Below, piece by piece: positions 1 to 10,120 of a stretch of DNA of 64,000 bases (within the stretch, counting starts at the first letter, position 1; every line of letters starts with the position of its first letter). This stretch comes from a virus. Its lineage: Duplodnaviria; Caudoviricetes. Location of the stretch: positions 5,299 through 69,298 of IMG/VR virus record IMGVR_UViG_3300037418_002651; one strand, 5' to 3'. A program made the position numbers and the translations under genes. Below the pieces are notes generated by a model. The model searched no databases. It was given only the letters and a program-made list of their open reading frames with translations, and was not told the origin of the DNA.

Positions 1-1058
1 TTGGCCATGTCATTGACCATCTGGGTGGCGGCCTTCTCGTGCTTGGCGTAGGCGTCCGGGTAGGCGGAGCGCTGGACGGCCTGGCACTGCTGGGCCTTGG
101 TCATTTTGTTGCGGTTGTGGATGTTGAACAGGGCGGAGAAGAACTTCTTGGCCGCGTGCGTCGGGTCGGTGACCTGCTCGTAGGTTCCCCAGCCCTGGGA
201 GGGCCTCTGCTGGAAGAGGCCTGCCGAGTCGGCGTCTCCGCCCTTGAGGTTGACGAGGCCGGACTCCTGCATGGCCGTCATGATGGCCACGATCTGGTCG
301 CTCTGGGTGGCACCCATGGACCGGCCCGCGTTGTAGATCAGGACGCCGTTCTTCTTCTGCTCAGCGGAGTTGTAGCCGCCGTACTGCCCATTAAGGCCGG
401 AGGTGTCGGCCTCTCCCCCGGATGTGCCGACGGTCCCGGCGCCGCCCAGAGACTGGAAGAACTGCTGGGCCAGGTCGTCCGATTCCTGTGCGCTCTTGTC
501 GACGGCTTCGGCGATCTTGTAGGCCGTCTTGAACCAGTCGTCGGGGATCTTGGCGATGTGGACCTTGGACTCGGGCCAACCCACGACCTCCTTCAGCACG
601 GACAGCACCACGTTGGTCATGCCGCCGTCGGAGTTCATACCCGTTCCCTGGGCCGCCGACAGGGCGTTCATGATCATCTGCTGGGTGTAGGCCGACTCCG
701 GGTCCCAGTACCAGTACTGGAGCCGCTTGAGGGAGCACGAGGCCGTCAGCTCCACGTCCCTGGGCCAGCCCGTCATGAGCGGGACGGAGTTCAGGTATCC
801 GGTGAACACCCGCAGCCACGTCACGCGCTTCATGAGCACGGTGATGCGGTCGTTGGGCGTGAAGACCTGGTCGTACTTCCTGCGCTGGTTGGTCAGCGTG
901 AGCTGGAGGTCGGACACGCCGTCGACCCGGCGGGTGAGCCGTCCCCGGACAATGTCGTCGGAGACGTCCAGCGTCTGCGGCCGGACGTTCTTGTTCAGGA
1001 TGTTGCCGCCGGTCTCCACGAAGACCTTGATCTGCGGCGCGTAGATGAACGATGGCAT
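1..1058 (-). CDS. Baseplate hub-like protein with lysozyme-like (peptidoglycan hydrolase) domain; runs off the window edge
   Basis: Read by hand: ATG at 1058 overlaps the upstream TGA (MPSFIYAPQIKVFVETGG...). Contains AIMTAMQESGL...SAGLFQQRPSQGWG...QAVQRSAYP, typical of actinobacterial lysozyme-like domains. Missing from the ORF track because there is no stop in the window. Confidence 0.7.
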   Translation of the reverse strand, partial: MPSFIYAPQIKVFVETGGNILNKNVRPQTLDVSDDIVRGRLTRRVDGVSDLQLTLTNQRRKYDQVFTPNDRITVLMKRVTWLRVFTGYLNSVPLMTGWPRDVELTASCSLKRLQYWYWDPESAYTQQMIMNALSAAQGTGMNSDGGMTNVVLSVLKEVVGWPESKVHIAKIPDDWFKTAYKIAEAVDKSAQESDDLAQQFFQSLGGAGTVGTSGGEADTSGLNGQYGGYNSAEQKKNGVLIYNAGRSMGATQSDQIVAIMTAMQESGLVNLKGGDADSAGLFQQRPSQGWGTYEQVTDPTHAAKKFFSALFNIHNRNKMTKAQQCQAVQRSAYPDAYAKHEKAATQMVNDMA

Positions 1059-1774
1059 CAGTGACCTATCGGGCCGGGCGGAAGGGTCTGGGTGGGGCCC
1101 TTACCGGGCTGATACGGCACGCCACCCCAGGAGGGGTCGCCTCCGGCGTCGGAGCCGCCCTGGGTACCGCCGTTGATGATGTCCTGGATGTCCTGGATCG
1201 TCGTGACCTTGTCGTAGCTCCCCTCGGCCGGGACCTGCGAGCCGGAGAGCTGGATGCCGGAGGGGTAGAAGTACGCGATCTGAGGAGACCGGTCCAGGGC
1301 CCCGGCCGGGTAGATGAAGTACGAGATCCAGTTGTAGGTGCCCGGGGTGTCCCCGAGCGACTGGTCCACATGGGTCTCGAAGATGACCCGGGGCGTCCAG
1401 ACCATCGAGCCGACGTGGTCTCCCCACTCGATCCCGGCGACCGGCACGCCGTACCGTTCGAAGCTCCGGGCCGAGCAGGTGACGCGCATGGTCGGGAACT
1501 TGCTGACGCTCAGACCCGGATCCTGGACGCGCTTGACGTAGTCCACGAGATAGTTCGAGAACTGCACACGCTCCTGGTAGCCCTTGATGACCGGAACCAG
1601 CGAGAAGGGCACCGAGGACACCTGGTGCGGGTAGTAGGCCCGCCGGGTCCGCGCCTGGGACTCGTCGGCGACCATCCGGGAGCCGTGGGCGATCTCCTGC
1701 ACCCGCAGGGAGAAGGTGTACCTCTTCCCGTTGTAGCTGTACGACAGCGTGGTGTTCAGTCCCTGTCGGCCCAT
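1058..1774 (-). CDS. Putative baseplate/tail protein
   Basis: 238-aa ORF, translationally coupled within the tail operon. Confidence 0.55.
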   Translation of the reverse strand: MGRQGLNTTLSYSYNGKRYTFSLRVQEIAHGSRMVADESQARTRRAYYPHQVSSVPFSLVPVIKGYQERVQFSNYLVDYVKRVQDPGLSVSKFPTMRVTCSARSFERYGVPVAGIEWGDHVGSMVWTPRVIFETHVDQSLGDTPGTYNWISYFIYPAGALDRSPQIAYFYPSGIQLSGSQVPAEGSYDKVTTIQDIQDIINGGTQGGSDAGGDPSWGGVPYQPGKGPTQTLPPGPIGH

Positions 1775-1775
1775 A

Positions 1776-1994
1776 TCACAGCCCCTCGTCGTAGCGGATG
1801 ACCTGCTGCTGCGGGTCCTCCGGGGCGAACGTGGGGGTCGAGATGCGCGCGAAGTCGGCCTGGGAGAGGTCGTAGGCCAGGCCGTTGGCCGTGAAGCAGA
1901 ACCCGTCCATCGGGATGATGCCGGGGTTGTCCTCGGCCAGCGGCTGAGGGAGGGACACGGGGACGTCCGATCCCCAGTGGATGGGCTCCGTCAT
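1776..1994 (-). CDS. Small hypothetical tail/baseplate protein
   Basis: 72-aa ORF abutting both neighbours. Confidence 0.5.
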   Translation of the reverse strand: MTEPIHWGSDVPVSLPQPLAEDNPGIIPMDGFCFTANGLAYDLSQADFARISTPTFAPEDPQQQVIRYDEGL

Positions 1995-2707
1995 TGGTCC
2001 TGCCGATCAAGGGTCGTGTCCGGCGTGACATCCGGATGGCTCTTTTTAAATTCCTTCTCCCATTGGGCACTTGGGGTCGATCCGCCGTTGTAGGCCGTGA
2101 ACTTCCAGCCGATGCCCTGCGAGATGCGGGCAATGTAGGCGTCCACGGCCTTCGCTCGGGCCTGGTCCAGGACGCCGTTGGACATACCGGCCTTGGTCAG
2201 CTCCGTGGACCCCTCCTGGATCGGGAAGAGGGTGAGCACGTACCGGTAGTTCGCCCGGCCGACCCGGTGGACCACTCCGGCCGTACCGTCTCCGTCGGGG
2301 TCCACGATGGACTTGATGTAGCACTGGAATCGCAGGCCCTTGGGCGAGTACACGAAGGTCGCGGGCTCCAGGAAGAAGTTGTCCCCCTTCCCGGCGGACC
2401 CCGGCGTGTTCGCCCCGGCGCTCTGGAGCTGCTGGAGGGCCTGGATCTGAAGGAAGAACTGGGAGGCCAGCTTCCAGGAGACGCCCGGGTGTTCTCCCCC
2501 GTTCGACCCCCGGCCCATGTTGTGGGCCTCGCCGATGGACCCCTGGACCACGACGTCGGACACCGTGGTGCCGAGGACCTGGATCACCCGGCCGCCCACG
2601 GTGTTGATCACCGACGTGTGGACCTTGATGTTGTAGTCGAACGACTCGGGGTCCACTCGGAACGTGATGGAGGGACCGTTGGCGAAGCCCAGTTTGGCCA
2701 GTCCCAT
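1991..2707 (-). CDS. Putative baseplate/tube-initiator protein
   Basis: 238 aa, immediately downstream of the tape measure gene, beta-rich. Confidence 0.5.
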   Translation of the reverse strand: MGLAKLGFANGPSITFRVDPESFDYNIKVHTSVINTVGGRVIQVLGTTVSDVVVQGSIGEAHNMGRGSNGGEHPGVSWKLASQFFLQIQALQQLQSAGANTPGSAGKGDNFFLEPATFVYSPKGLRFQCYIKSIVDPDGDGTAGVVHRVGRANYRYVLTLFPIQEGSTELTKAGMSNGVLDQARAKAVDAYIARISQGIGWKFTAYNGGSTPSAQWEKEFKKSHPDVTPDTTLDRQDQ

Positions 2708-2708
2708 G

Positions 2709-5264
2709 TCACCTACTCGCGTTCCAGTTGTAGGGGTTCAGCGGCGGGGCGCCCTCTCCGTTCGCCCCCGCGATGCCGGTCGCGGAGGAGATCTTCAAGA
2801 GCTGCTTCGCCGTGTCCGAAAGATCCACTACGACCTTACCGTTTGCAGCGGTCCCGCCGCTGTTGGCCGACGTCTTCCGGCTCGGGTGCTTCTTCTCCCA
2901 CTCCTTGATGGAGGTCCCCTCGTTGCCCTTGGACTTGGACGCCTCCGAGGTCCAGTTGGCCGTGCTGTCGGTCGCACCGGTGCCCAGGAGGTCCTGGACC
3001 GACTTGCCCGATTCCGAGCCGTCCACGAACCGCACGGAGCCTGCGGACAGCTCCTCGGAGTGGTTCTTGATGGCGTCCTTCAGGGACACCACCCGCTGGC
3101 CCTTGGAGGTGTGGACGACCACCTTGGCCGAGTCCTGGTCCTTGACGTGCTGGAGCAGGTTCTCGATCACCGGGTTGCGCTGACCGGACTTCTTGACCTG
3201 GTTCTTGTACTGAACCATGGCGGACGAGTCGCCCTTGTCGGTGCCGATGTCGTCCACGATCCCGGCCGTGACCGTCTCCACGAAGGCGCCACCGATCTTG
3301 GCAGCGGTGCTGGAGCCGTGGTCGATCTTGGTGGAGAAGCCCTTGATGAAGCCGGAGTCCTTGCCCTGCTTCGCCGCCTGCTTGGTCGACATGGGTTTGT
3401 TGGCCTTGGCGTTCTTCTCCGCATTGGCCAAGTCGCCGTTCTGCCCGGCGATCAGGGTGAACGCGTACGCCACGGCCTTCTGCGGGTCACTGGTCTGGAC
3501 GATGCCGAACGCCGCGAGCTGCTGCTGGATGACCGAGATGTTGTGGTTCGGGAAGGCCTGCATGAACGCGGGCACGATGCTCAGGGCCGCGTCCGAGTCG
3601 AGCTGGCCGCCGAGCCCGTTCGCCTGCTGCTTGACCCAGTTGATCTCGTCCTGGGTGAAGATCTGCGACAGCAGCGAGAGATTCTCCCCGGCTCGTGCCT
3701 GAGCCGCCGCGAGCGGGTTGGTGGTCTGCAACGCGGTGTACTGGTTGTACGTCATCCCGGCGTTCGAGGACGCCATGTAGGCGTACTGCTGGCCCATCTG
3801 GCCGGACAGGTCGATGTCCTCGTACGACCGGCCCAGGGACGTCTTGCCCATCTGGATGTTCTGGGCCGTCGGGATGGCACCGGCACCGTAGCCCGCCTGC
3901 ACCCCCGTACTCACCATGTCCATGAGCTGCTTGCGGGCCATCTGGGCGTTGACGCCCGCCCGACCGGCGGTGTCCGAGACGTCCTTGAGGGCCTTCTGGA
4001 GGCCGTTCAGGGACAGGGTGGAGTTCTTGGACACCACTTCGAGCTGCTGGAGGCTCTCGGACACGGAGGCGCCGTACGAGGACTTCCCGTGGTAGATGAA
4101 GTCCAGCGCGTTCTGGCGTCCGCCCTGACGCGAGTACTGATCCCGGACGCGGCCGTTGTACCCCAGGCGGGTCACGCCCTTGAAGGCCTGCCGGGCCTCC
4201 TCGTCGGTGAAGAAGCCCGTCGTGGAGGCGACATACGCCTCCTCGTGGAGCCGCTCACCGAAGCCGGAGAAGTTTCCGCCGCCCTCGACGTTCTGGTAGT
4301 ACTCGTTCTTGTTCCGCTGGCTCTTGACCTCGCCGAAGGCGCTGTCGACCAGTCCTACGAGGGGGATGTTCCGCCGGGCCCAGCCGCCGATGCCGGAGTT
4401 CATGCCCCACAGATGGCCAGGGTTGCCCGGGGTGTGGTTGGCGCCGTAGGCACCGGAACCCCCGCCAGCACCGCCGTGACCTCCGCCGCCACTGGCGGGA
4501 CCGTACGGGCCATAGGGGCCGTAGGGGCCGTGTGGGGAGCCGGGACCGCCGAAGTAGATGGGGTTCGGGGGCAGGCCGGAGGGTCCCATGCCGTACGGGC
4601 CGGGGCCGAAGCCTCCACCGCCGAAGCCCCCTCCCGAGCCCCCAGAGCCGCCGCCAGAGCCTCCCGAGCCGCCGCTGCCACCACTTCCCCCGGAGCCTCC
4701 CGGAGGACGCCAGTAGGGCGACCAGACACCGAAGGCGGACCGGCTCCAGTTCTGCCGGGTCTGCTGGATGGTCCGGTCCCTCAGATCGGAGAGGGTGGCT
4801 CCCCAGTCGCCCGCGTTGGTGGGCATCCGGGTGTGGTCCTGGAGGAACTGCGCGGTGACCTGGCCGACCGGCGGAAGGCTCCACCGAGGCCCTCGGGGAG
4901 CCGGAGACGGTCCTGCCGGGGCGCCGGAAGCCGAGGGCGCGCTCGAAGCGGATCCTCCGGACGCGGATCCCGGGGTGGGCGGCAGAGACGTGATCGTGTA
5001 GACGGGTCCGCTGGGTGCCGATGTCGTGTGTCCGGCCAGAGGGTTGTGGGCGCCCATGCCGACACGGAAGCTGGCCGCCGCAGCGGATCCGGTTCCCGTC
5101 ATGAAGGACTGGGCCATGTGCAGTGATCGCGCCATGGAGTCCCGCATCTCCCCCATGACGCGGGCAGTGTTCTCCTGGCCGCGCACGAGCAGGGAGAACA
5201 GGCGGCCCAGGTCCAGGTTGTCGTTGACGCCGCTGTCCGGCTCGCCGTCTGCCATCAGACCCAC
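2709..5264 (-). CDS. Tape measure protein (putative)
   Basis: 851 aa, directly after the frameshifted chaperone; Ala/Gly/Gln-rich helical character with a Gly/Pro-rich N-terminal linker. Confidence 0.65.
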   Translation of the reverse strand: MGLMADGEPDSGVNDNLDLGRLFSLLVRGQENTARVMGEMRDSMARSLHMAQSFMTGTGSAAAASFRVGMGAHNPLAGHTTSAPSGPVYTITSLPPTPGSASGGSASSAPSASGAPAGPSPAPRGPRWSLPPVGQVTAQFLQDHTRMPTNAGDWGATLSDLRDRTIQQTRQNWSRSAFGVWSPYWRPPGGSGGSGGSGGSGGSGGGSGGSGGGFGGGGFGPGPYGMGPSGLPPNPIYFGGPGSPHGPYGPYGPYGPASGGGGHGGAGGGSGAYGANHTPGNPGHLWGMNSGIGGWARRNIPLVGLVDSAFGEVKSQRNKNEYYQNVEGGGNFSGFGERLHEEAYVASTTGFFTDEEARQAFKGVTRLGYNGRVRDQYSRQGGRQNALDFIYHGKSSYGASVSESLQQLEVVSKNSTLSLNGLQKALKDVSDTAGRAGVNAQMARKQLMDMVSTGVQAGYGAGAIPTAQNIQMGKTSLGRSYEDIDLSGQMGQQYAYMASSNAGMTYNQYTALQTTNPLAAAQARAGENLSLLSQIFTQDEINWVKQQANGLGGQLDSDAALSIVPAFMQAFPNHNISVIQQQLAAFGIVQTSDPQKAVAYAFTLIAGQNGDLANAEKNAKANKPMSTKQAAKQGKDSGFIKGFSTKIDHGSSTAAKIGGAFVETVTAGIVDDIGTDKGDSSAMVQYKNQVKKSGQRNPVIENLLQHVKDQDSAKVVVHTSKGQRVVSLKDAIKNHSEELSAGSVRFVDGSESGKSVQDLLGTGATDSTANWTSEASKSKGNEGTSIKEWEKKHPSRKTSANSGGTAANGKVVVDLSDTAKQLLKISSATGIAGANGEGAPPLNPYNWNASR

Positions 5265-6258
5265 TCCGTATCTTGCTCAACCTGCGTCGGATCGAAGTCT
5301 CGGGGCGGAGGCAGCGAGGGGGTGCTGTCCTCCGGCGGGGAGGGCTGTTCGGCGTCCGGCCCCTCCAGCGGGGCCCCGTCGACCGTGACCGTGTTGTCGG
5401 CCAGCATCCGGGCGAGGACCTCCAGTTCGTCCTCGGACGGCGCCTCGTAGTCCACACCGCTGTTGTCGGTGTAGTCGATCCCGTCGGACTCCGGAGTCTC
5501 GGAGGGGAAGTACTCCTCGAAGAGAACCTCCTCCTTGTACTGGCCGGAGGCCACCAGGCCCGCCTTGGCCACGTTCAGCAGGAGCTTGCGCCGGAACTCC
5601 TCCTCCCGCTCCTCCCGTTCGGCCTCCTTCAGGCCGTCGGCGAAGCGGAGGTACTCCAGACCGAGGATCTGCACCTCGGAGAGGTTGTCCCCCTGGAGAA
5701 GCCCCCGGGCCTGAGCCTGCCTCAGGATCCGCTCTACGAAGGGTTCGAGCCCTCGGGGGCCGATGCTTTTCCCATGGCCGCCACGACCCGGGCCGCGAGG
5801 TCCTCCAGTGCCACGTACTCGTTGAAGACTGCGTCCACCGTGAAGGGGAACCAGGTGTCCTTGACGTAGTTGAAGCGCTGGAGGCCCCACTCGTACGACC
5901 GGCGGCTCTCGCCGATCGGGACCGGAAGCTCCTCGCCGTCCACGCTCATCGTGCACATGGCCGCGATGGCGCATCCGTAGGCCCGGTCGGCACCCATGGT
6001 GTCGGCGAACTCCTTGATGATCTGGGCCACCGCGAGCTTTTCGCCGTCGCGGAGCGTCCGGATCACGAAGTCGTGGCCGAGCCACGTGAAGGGCTTGGAC
6101 AGGGCCCCCACGAACGCGAGGCCCTTCAGGCCTTCCGCGTACCGGGAGTCGAACGAGGGCAGCAGGTTGCCCTCCTCGTCACGGAGGGTCCCCGGCTCGT
6201 CCTCGGGCTCCTGCGCCAAAGCCGTCGGGTCGTAGGCCTTCGCCTGCTGCTCGCTCAT
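5255..6258 (-). CDS. Tail assembly chaperone, -1 frameshift-extended form (GT-like)
   Basis: G GGA AAA at 5773-5767; the -1 frame continues SIGPRGLEPFVERILRQ... to the stop at 5255. Confidence 0.75.
5734..6258 (-). CDS. Tail assembly chaperone (G-like, short form)
   Basis: 174 aa between tube and tape measure; contains in-frame ATG GGA AAA slippery heptamer near its end. Confidence 0.8.
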   Translation of the reverse strand: MSEQQAKAYDPTALAQEPEDEPGTLRDEEGNLLPSFDSRYAEGLKGLAFVGALSKPFTWLGHDFVIRTLRDGEKLAVAQIIKEFADTMGADRAYGCAIAAMCTMSVDGEELPVPIGESRRSYEWGLQRFNYVKDTWFPFTVDAVFNEYVALEDLAARVVAAMGKASAPEGSNPS

Positions 6259-6268
6259 GTCGTCCGCC

Positions 6269-6775
6269 CTACTTGTTCAGGGCCGAGGTGTGCGTGTAGG
6301 CCACCGTGATGCCCTTGGTTACGGCCAGGGAGCCGACCGTGATGGTGTCGCCGTCGTTGATGTCCACCACGGTGCAGTTGTGGTAGTTCTTGCCGCGCCA
6401 GGCGCCCGGGTTGTTCTGGGTGCCGGGCGGTTTGATGACCGTTTGGCACGTGACGTAATTCGGGTCGTTGGCCAGCAGCCGGAAGATGTCCACGATGTTC
6501 TTCGAGCCCGCGAGGCCGGAGAGCTGCTCCCACACGTAGCCGTTCCACAGCTCGCGGATGGTGAGGATCAGCGTGCCGCCCTGGAGGACTCGCGAGGTGG
6601 CGATCTCCACGGGGTGCGAGGCACCCAGGGGCTGGATGAACTGGTACGGCTGTCCGAGGTCGCTAAATGCTCGTTGACCACTATCCTCAACTCCTTCGCA
6701 GAACGCGATCCCCTTACCCTTGTAAAAGAAGGTAGTGAACCCGCTTCCTACGACCCTGACCTTAGTCTGGGGCAT
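6269..6775 (-). CDS. Tail tube protein
   Basis: 168 aa, beta-rich, positioned between sheath and chaperone; RBS GGAGGAGG. Confidence 0.7.
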   Translation of the reverse strand: MPQTKVRVVGSGFTTFFYKGKGIAFCEGVEDSGQRAFSDLGQPYQFIQPLGASHPVEIATSRVLQGGTLILTIRELWNGYVWEQLSGLAGSKNIVDIFRLLANDPNYVTCQTVIKPPGTQNNPGAWRGKNYHNCTVVDINDGDTITVGSLAVTKGITVAYTHTSALNK

Positions 6776-6854
6776 TTTGGAGGCCTCCTCCGAGAGAAAT
6801 GTACGCCAGGAGAGGCGTAGGAATCTGCGTAGGAAAACTGCTACGATTTCCTAC

Positions 6855-7739
6855 ATGGATACAGCGCGGGCCTACGAGGCCGTACTGCGAAGTGGAAGTC
6901 GTGACGGCCTCTCCGATCTGGAGAGGCGTCTGTGGGAGAAGGTCGACGTCGTTGACGACGACACTTCGTGCTGGGAGTGGACCCGTTCCCGACGGAAGGG
7001 GGAGAACGAGAACTACGGGAACTTCAGCTTCCGAGACCCGAACACGGGACGACGTGGCGGAACTCCGTCCCACCGAGTGGTCTTCTACGTCGTCCACGGG
7101 CGACTGCCGCAGACCAGCCGCCACACCTGCGATAACCCTCCCTGCAACCGTCCGAGTCACATCATCGACGGGACCCAGGTCGACAACATCGCCGACATGG
7201 ACTCCCGAGGCCGACGCGGAGTCCGAGATCAGCACGGCACCCTCAATGCTCAGGCCGTTCTGACCGAGGACATGGTTCGTACGGCCCGCAAGCTCTACCG
7301 GGGCGGGACGTCCATGGAGACCATCGCTATGAGCATGGATCGAGACGTCTCCGCGATCCGCTTCGCCATCATCGGCGACACCTGGGCCCACATCACCGAC
7401 GTACCGCCCGTGACGGCCGACGAGAGGCGCTCCCCCGGGGGCAAGCTGACCCAGGGCCAGATCGAGCAGGCGAGAGTCCGCAGGGCCGCCGGAGACTCCT
7501 GCGCGGACATCGCCCGGGACCTCGGTGTCACCCCGTCGAACATCAGTTACCTGACCCGGGACAACACCAAGCCCAAGAAGCCCCGCGTTCGGGTCAACCT
7601 CACGGATGAACAGGTCCGCGAGATCCGGCTGCTCCGGGTTCAGGAGGTGCCGTACCAGGGCATCGCCGACCGCTTCGGCATCAGCCGTGGACTCGTGAAC
7701 CACATCGTCAACGGTCGCGCCTACACCCATGTGAAGTAG
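6855..7739 (+). CDS. Free-standing HNH homing endonuclease with C-terminal HTH repeats
   Basis: CWEW...YG...SHRVVFY...RHTCDNPPCNRPSHIIDGTQVDNIADM HNH motif followed by three HTH-like segments; antisense to the tail operon; likely start ATG 6855. Confidence 0.85.
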   Translation: MDTARAYEAVLRSGSRDGLSDLERRLWEKVDVVDDDTSCWEWTRSRRKGENENYGNFSFRDPNTGRRGGTPSHRVVFYVVHGRLPQTSRHTCDNPPCNRPSHIIDGTQVDNIADMDSRGRRGVRDQHGTLNAQAVLTEDMVRTARKLYRGGTSMETIAMSMDRDVSAIRFAIIGDTWAHITDVPPVTADERRSPGGKLTQGQIEQARVRRAAGDSCADIARDLGVTPSNISYLTRDNTKPKKPRVRVNLTDEQVREIRLLRVQEVPYQGIADRFGISRGLVNHIVNGRAYTHVK

Positions 7740-7825
7740 CACCTCCTCTCCATCCCTTCGCAGTTCATCCGGCCGGGCCCACAGCAACTGGGCCCGGCCG
7801 AGTCCGTCAGCCCGTGGTCGGGGTC

Positions 7826-9394
7826 TTACGGGGTCGTGGTCTCTTCGGTGTTGTCCGTCGCGGTGATGTCACCGGAGGACAGGTCGATCGCGAAGGTGAC
7901 CGTGATGTAGTTCAGCGGCACCAGCGGCGAGTAGGCGAACTGCGCCTCGATCACCGACGGGTCGCCGGAGGGCAGGGACTGCTGCCGGACCGCGACGTCC
8001 GTGTAGGCACGGATCACGCTGTCCGTGACGGCGCGCTCCAGGATGCCGGTCAGGGCGCCCTTGACCCGGGTGGTCATGTCGACGTCGATCGGCTCGCCGA
8101 TCAGGCCCGCCGCGTCCATGCCGGTCTGCACCAGCTCGAAGAGGACGTCCCCGGTGCGCACGAGCGAGATCTCCCGGGTGGTGAGGCTGCTCATGTCGGT
8201 GGTGAGGCCGTGGCGGACCGCGAGGGTGCCCGTACGGGTCTGCTCCACGACCGACACACCGGCCTTGGACAGGTTGTCCTTGAAGGACTTCGTCTGGAGC
8301 TGTGCGAGGGCCGGAGGGATGCTGTTGAAGCCCGTGACGGAGACGCTCGTCAGGCCTCGGGCTACGTCGCCTCCCGCGAGGGCTCCCGCCATGGCCGCCG
8401 CGAGGTAGTAGCCCGCCACCACGGTGGTCTGTGCCAGCCGGGTGTTGTAGAAGCTCATCTGGTTCGGGTAGGCCAGTACGGTCCGCTTCGAGGCGATCTG
8501 ACGGGCCACGGCGTCGTAGTTCCGGGTGGCCGAGTCGTAGTTGGGCTCGAAGCCGACGAAGGCGATCCGGCCGAAGCCGTCGTCCGAGGCGGTGACGCAG
8601 TGGGTGTTGACGTCCTGGATGAGCGCCAGGACGGCATCCGCCGTGTGAGCGTCACCCGGAGTCCCGGTGCTGTCCGGGGTGCCGTCCACGAACAGCGGGA
8701 CGATCAACTGGGCGGTGTAGTTCGCGACGATCTTGGCGTAGGCCGCTACGAACTGCTCCTTGAGGGTGCCGTCGGCCGGGTTGGTCGGCAGCGCCAGAAT
8801 GTTGCTCGCGCCGTTGGCCATGGCGATCTGGGCGGCCAGGGTGAGCGGGCAGACGACCTGGGTCGCGTTCGGGTTCGCCGGAACGGTGCCGGAGACCGCA
8901 GCACCGTAGGTGGCGGCGATCTGGCTCGGGTCCGTGAACTCCTGCGGCGTGTAGTACGTGGTGTCGGCGTAGTTGTACGTGACGTAGACCGAGGCGCCGT
9001 CCGCCAGACCGCTGGTCGGCGACGGGCCGGACGGGGTGCCGACGGGGCCGAGGCGCTTGATGTAGGTCACCGCGTTGGCCGCACCGCCGGTGCCGGAAGC
9101 GTCGACCACGAAGGTGTAGTCGACCCCGTAGACCTGGGTGACGCCGTTGACGTCCTTGACGACGGGGGCGCCGATGGGCGGGGGGCCGGTGACGGCGGTG
9201 ACGAAGATGCCGCGCTTGGTCAGGGCGGTGTTGCTGTTCCAGTAGACGGGGACCAGCTCAGTGTTGGTCTGGTAGCCGATCGACGGGCCGATGATCGTCA
9301 CCGTGTTCGTGGTGACGGTGGTGGGCGTGACGACCGGCTGCGACGTGTCCTGGACGTATACGCCCGGGGGCACATACGAAGTGAAATCCGGCAT
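7826..9394 (-). CDS. Tail sheath protein
   Basis: Starts MPDFTSYVPPGVYVQD (sheath PGVY motif) and ends with YSPLVPLNYITVTF (sheath C-terminal motif); about 522 aa; start chosen by RBS spacing. Confidence 0.85.
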   Translation of the reverse strand: MPDFTSYVPPGVYVQDTSQPVVTPTTVTTNTVTIIGPSIGYQTNTELVPVYWNSNTALTKRGIFVTAVTGPPPIGAPVVKDVNGVTQVYGVDYTFVVDASGTGGAANAVTYIKRLGPVGTPSGPSPTSGLADGASVYVTYNYADTTYYTPQEFTDPSQIAATYGAAVSGTVPANPNATQVVCPLTLAAQIAMANGASNILALPTNPADGTLKEQFVAAYAKIVANYTAQLIVPLFVDGTPDSTGTPGDAHTADAVLALIQDVNTHCVTASDDGFGRIAFVGFEPNYDSATRNYDAVARQIASKRTVLAYPNQMSFYNTRLAQTTVVAGYYLAAAMAGALAGGDVARGLTSVSVTGFNSIPPALAQLQTKSFKDNLSKAGVSVVEQTRTGTLAVRHGLTTDMSSLTTREISLVRTGDVLFELVQTGMDAAGLIGEPIDVDMTTRVKGALTGILERAVTDSVIRAYTDVAVRQQSLPSGDPSVIEAQFAYSPLVPLNYITVTFAIDLSSGDITATDNTEETTTP

Positions 9395-9469
9395 CTGCAT
9401 ACCCTCCGGGACCGGCTAGATCGGGCTTCCACCCCTTCGCAGGAGAGGGGCCCCGGAGGACAGGAGACA

Positions 9470-10120
9470 TCAGTGCCAGTCGGTGCTTCCGCCTCCGACG
9501 ACATCCGGCGGGAACGGGCTGTTCGGATCGCCGGGCAGGTATGCGGTGGGGAGGACCAGGATCTTGGACAGCGGGACCAGGGTCCCGGTGGCGGGGTCGG
9601 GAACGAACTCGCCGATGATCTCCAGGTTCAGCGAGCGCTCGTACATCAGCTCGTCGGTCCCCCAGGGGGTGCCCGGGGCCGCCGCACTGCCGCGCACGTC
9701 GATCTTGTCGGTCTGGAGGTTGGCCCCGATCAGATCGTTGTTGGCGATCATGTCCTTGAAGCGCCCGATGACGGTGTCCTCGTTGCCGAAGGCCACCACG
9801 CGGACCACCTCATCGAACAGCTCATCCCGCTCCAGGGAGGTCAGGGCCACTGCCGTGATCGAGACGTACCCCTGGAAGCGCCATCGGGTAAAGGGGGCCA
9901 CCGTGGTGCCGCTGTCGGTCAAGTCCTCCAGGTGGGCGATACCGGCCCGCAGGAGGGGCTGGGTGTCGTCGTAGTCGATCCAGAGCGACGGGTAGTCCTG
10001 GGGGTCAACCGGGTACTCCAGGCTGGCGTGCACGTTCCGGAACTTGGTCACCGGATACACGCTGTCGAACGTCCCCTGGAGGGCCTCGACCAGCAGCGTC
10101 TTCAGCGGGGCGATGTACAT
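9470..10120 (-). CDS. Putative tail terminator/neck protein
   Basis: 216 aa upstream of sheath; position and composition only. Confidence 0.45.
   Translation of the reverse strand: MYIAPLKTLLVEALQGTFDSVYPVTKFRNVHASLEYPVDPQDYPSLWIDYDDTQPLLRAGIAHLEDLTDSGTTVAPFTRWRFQGYVSITAVALTSLERDELFDEVVRVVAFGNEDTVIGRFKDMIANNDLIGANLQTDKIDVRGSAAAPGTPWGTDELMYERSLNLEIIGEFVPDPATGTLVPLSKILVLPTAYLPGDPNSPFPPDVVGGGSTDWH

Noticed and set aside
4480-4720. GGC-rich repeat like the pentamer arrays
   Set aside because: 3-nt periodic Gly/Ser codons within the tape measure ORF
5255-6085. Independent 276-aa gene
   Set aside because: Its N-terminal half overlaps the chaperone out of frame; explained by the -1 frameshift
6855-7739. 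Intron-encoded endonuclease
   Set aside because: Sheath and tube ORFs are intact and the HNH is intergenic and antisense
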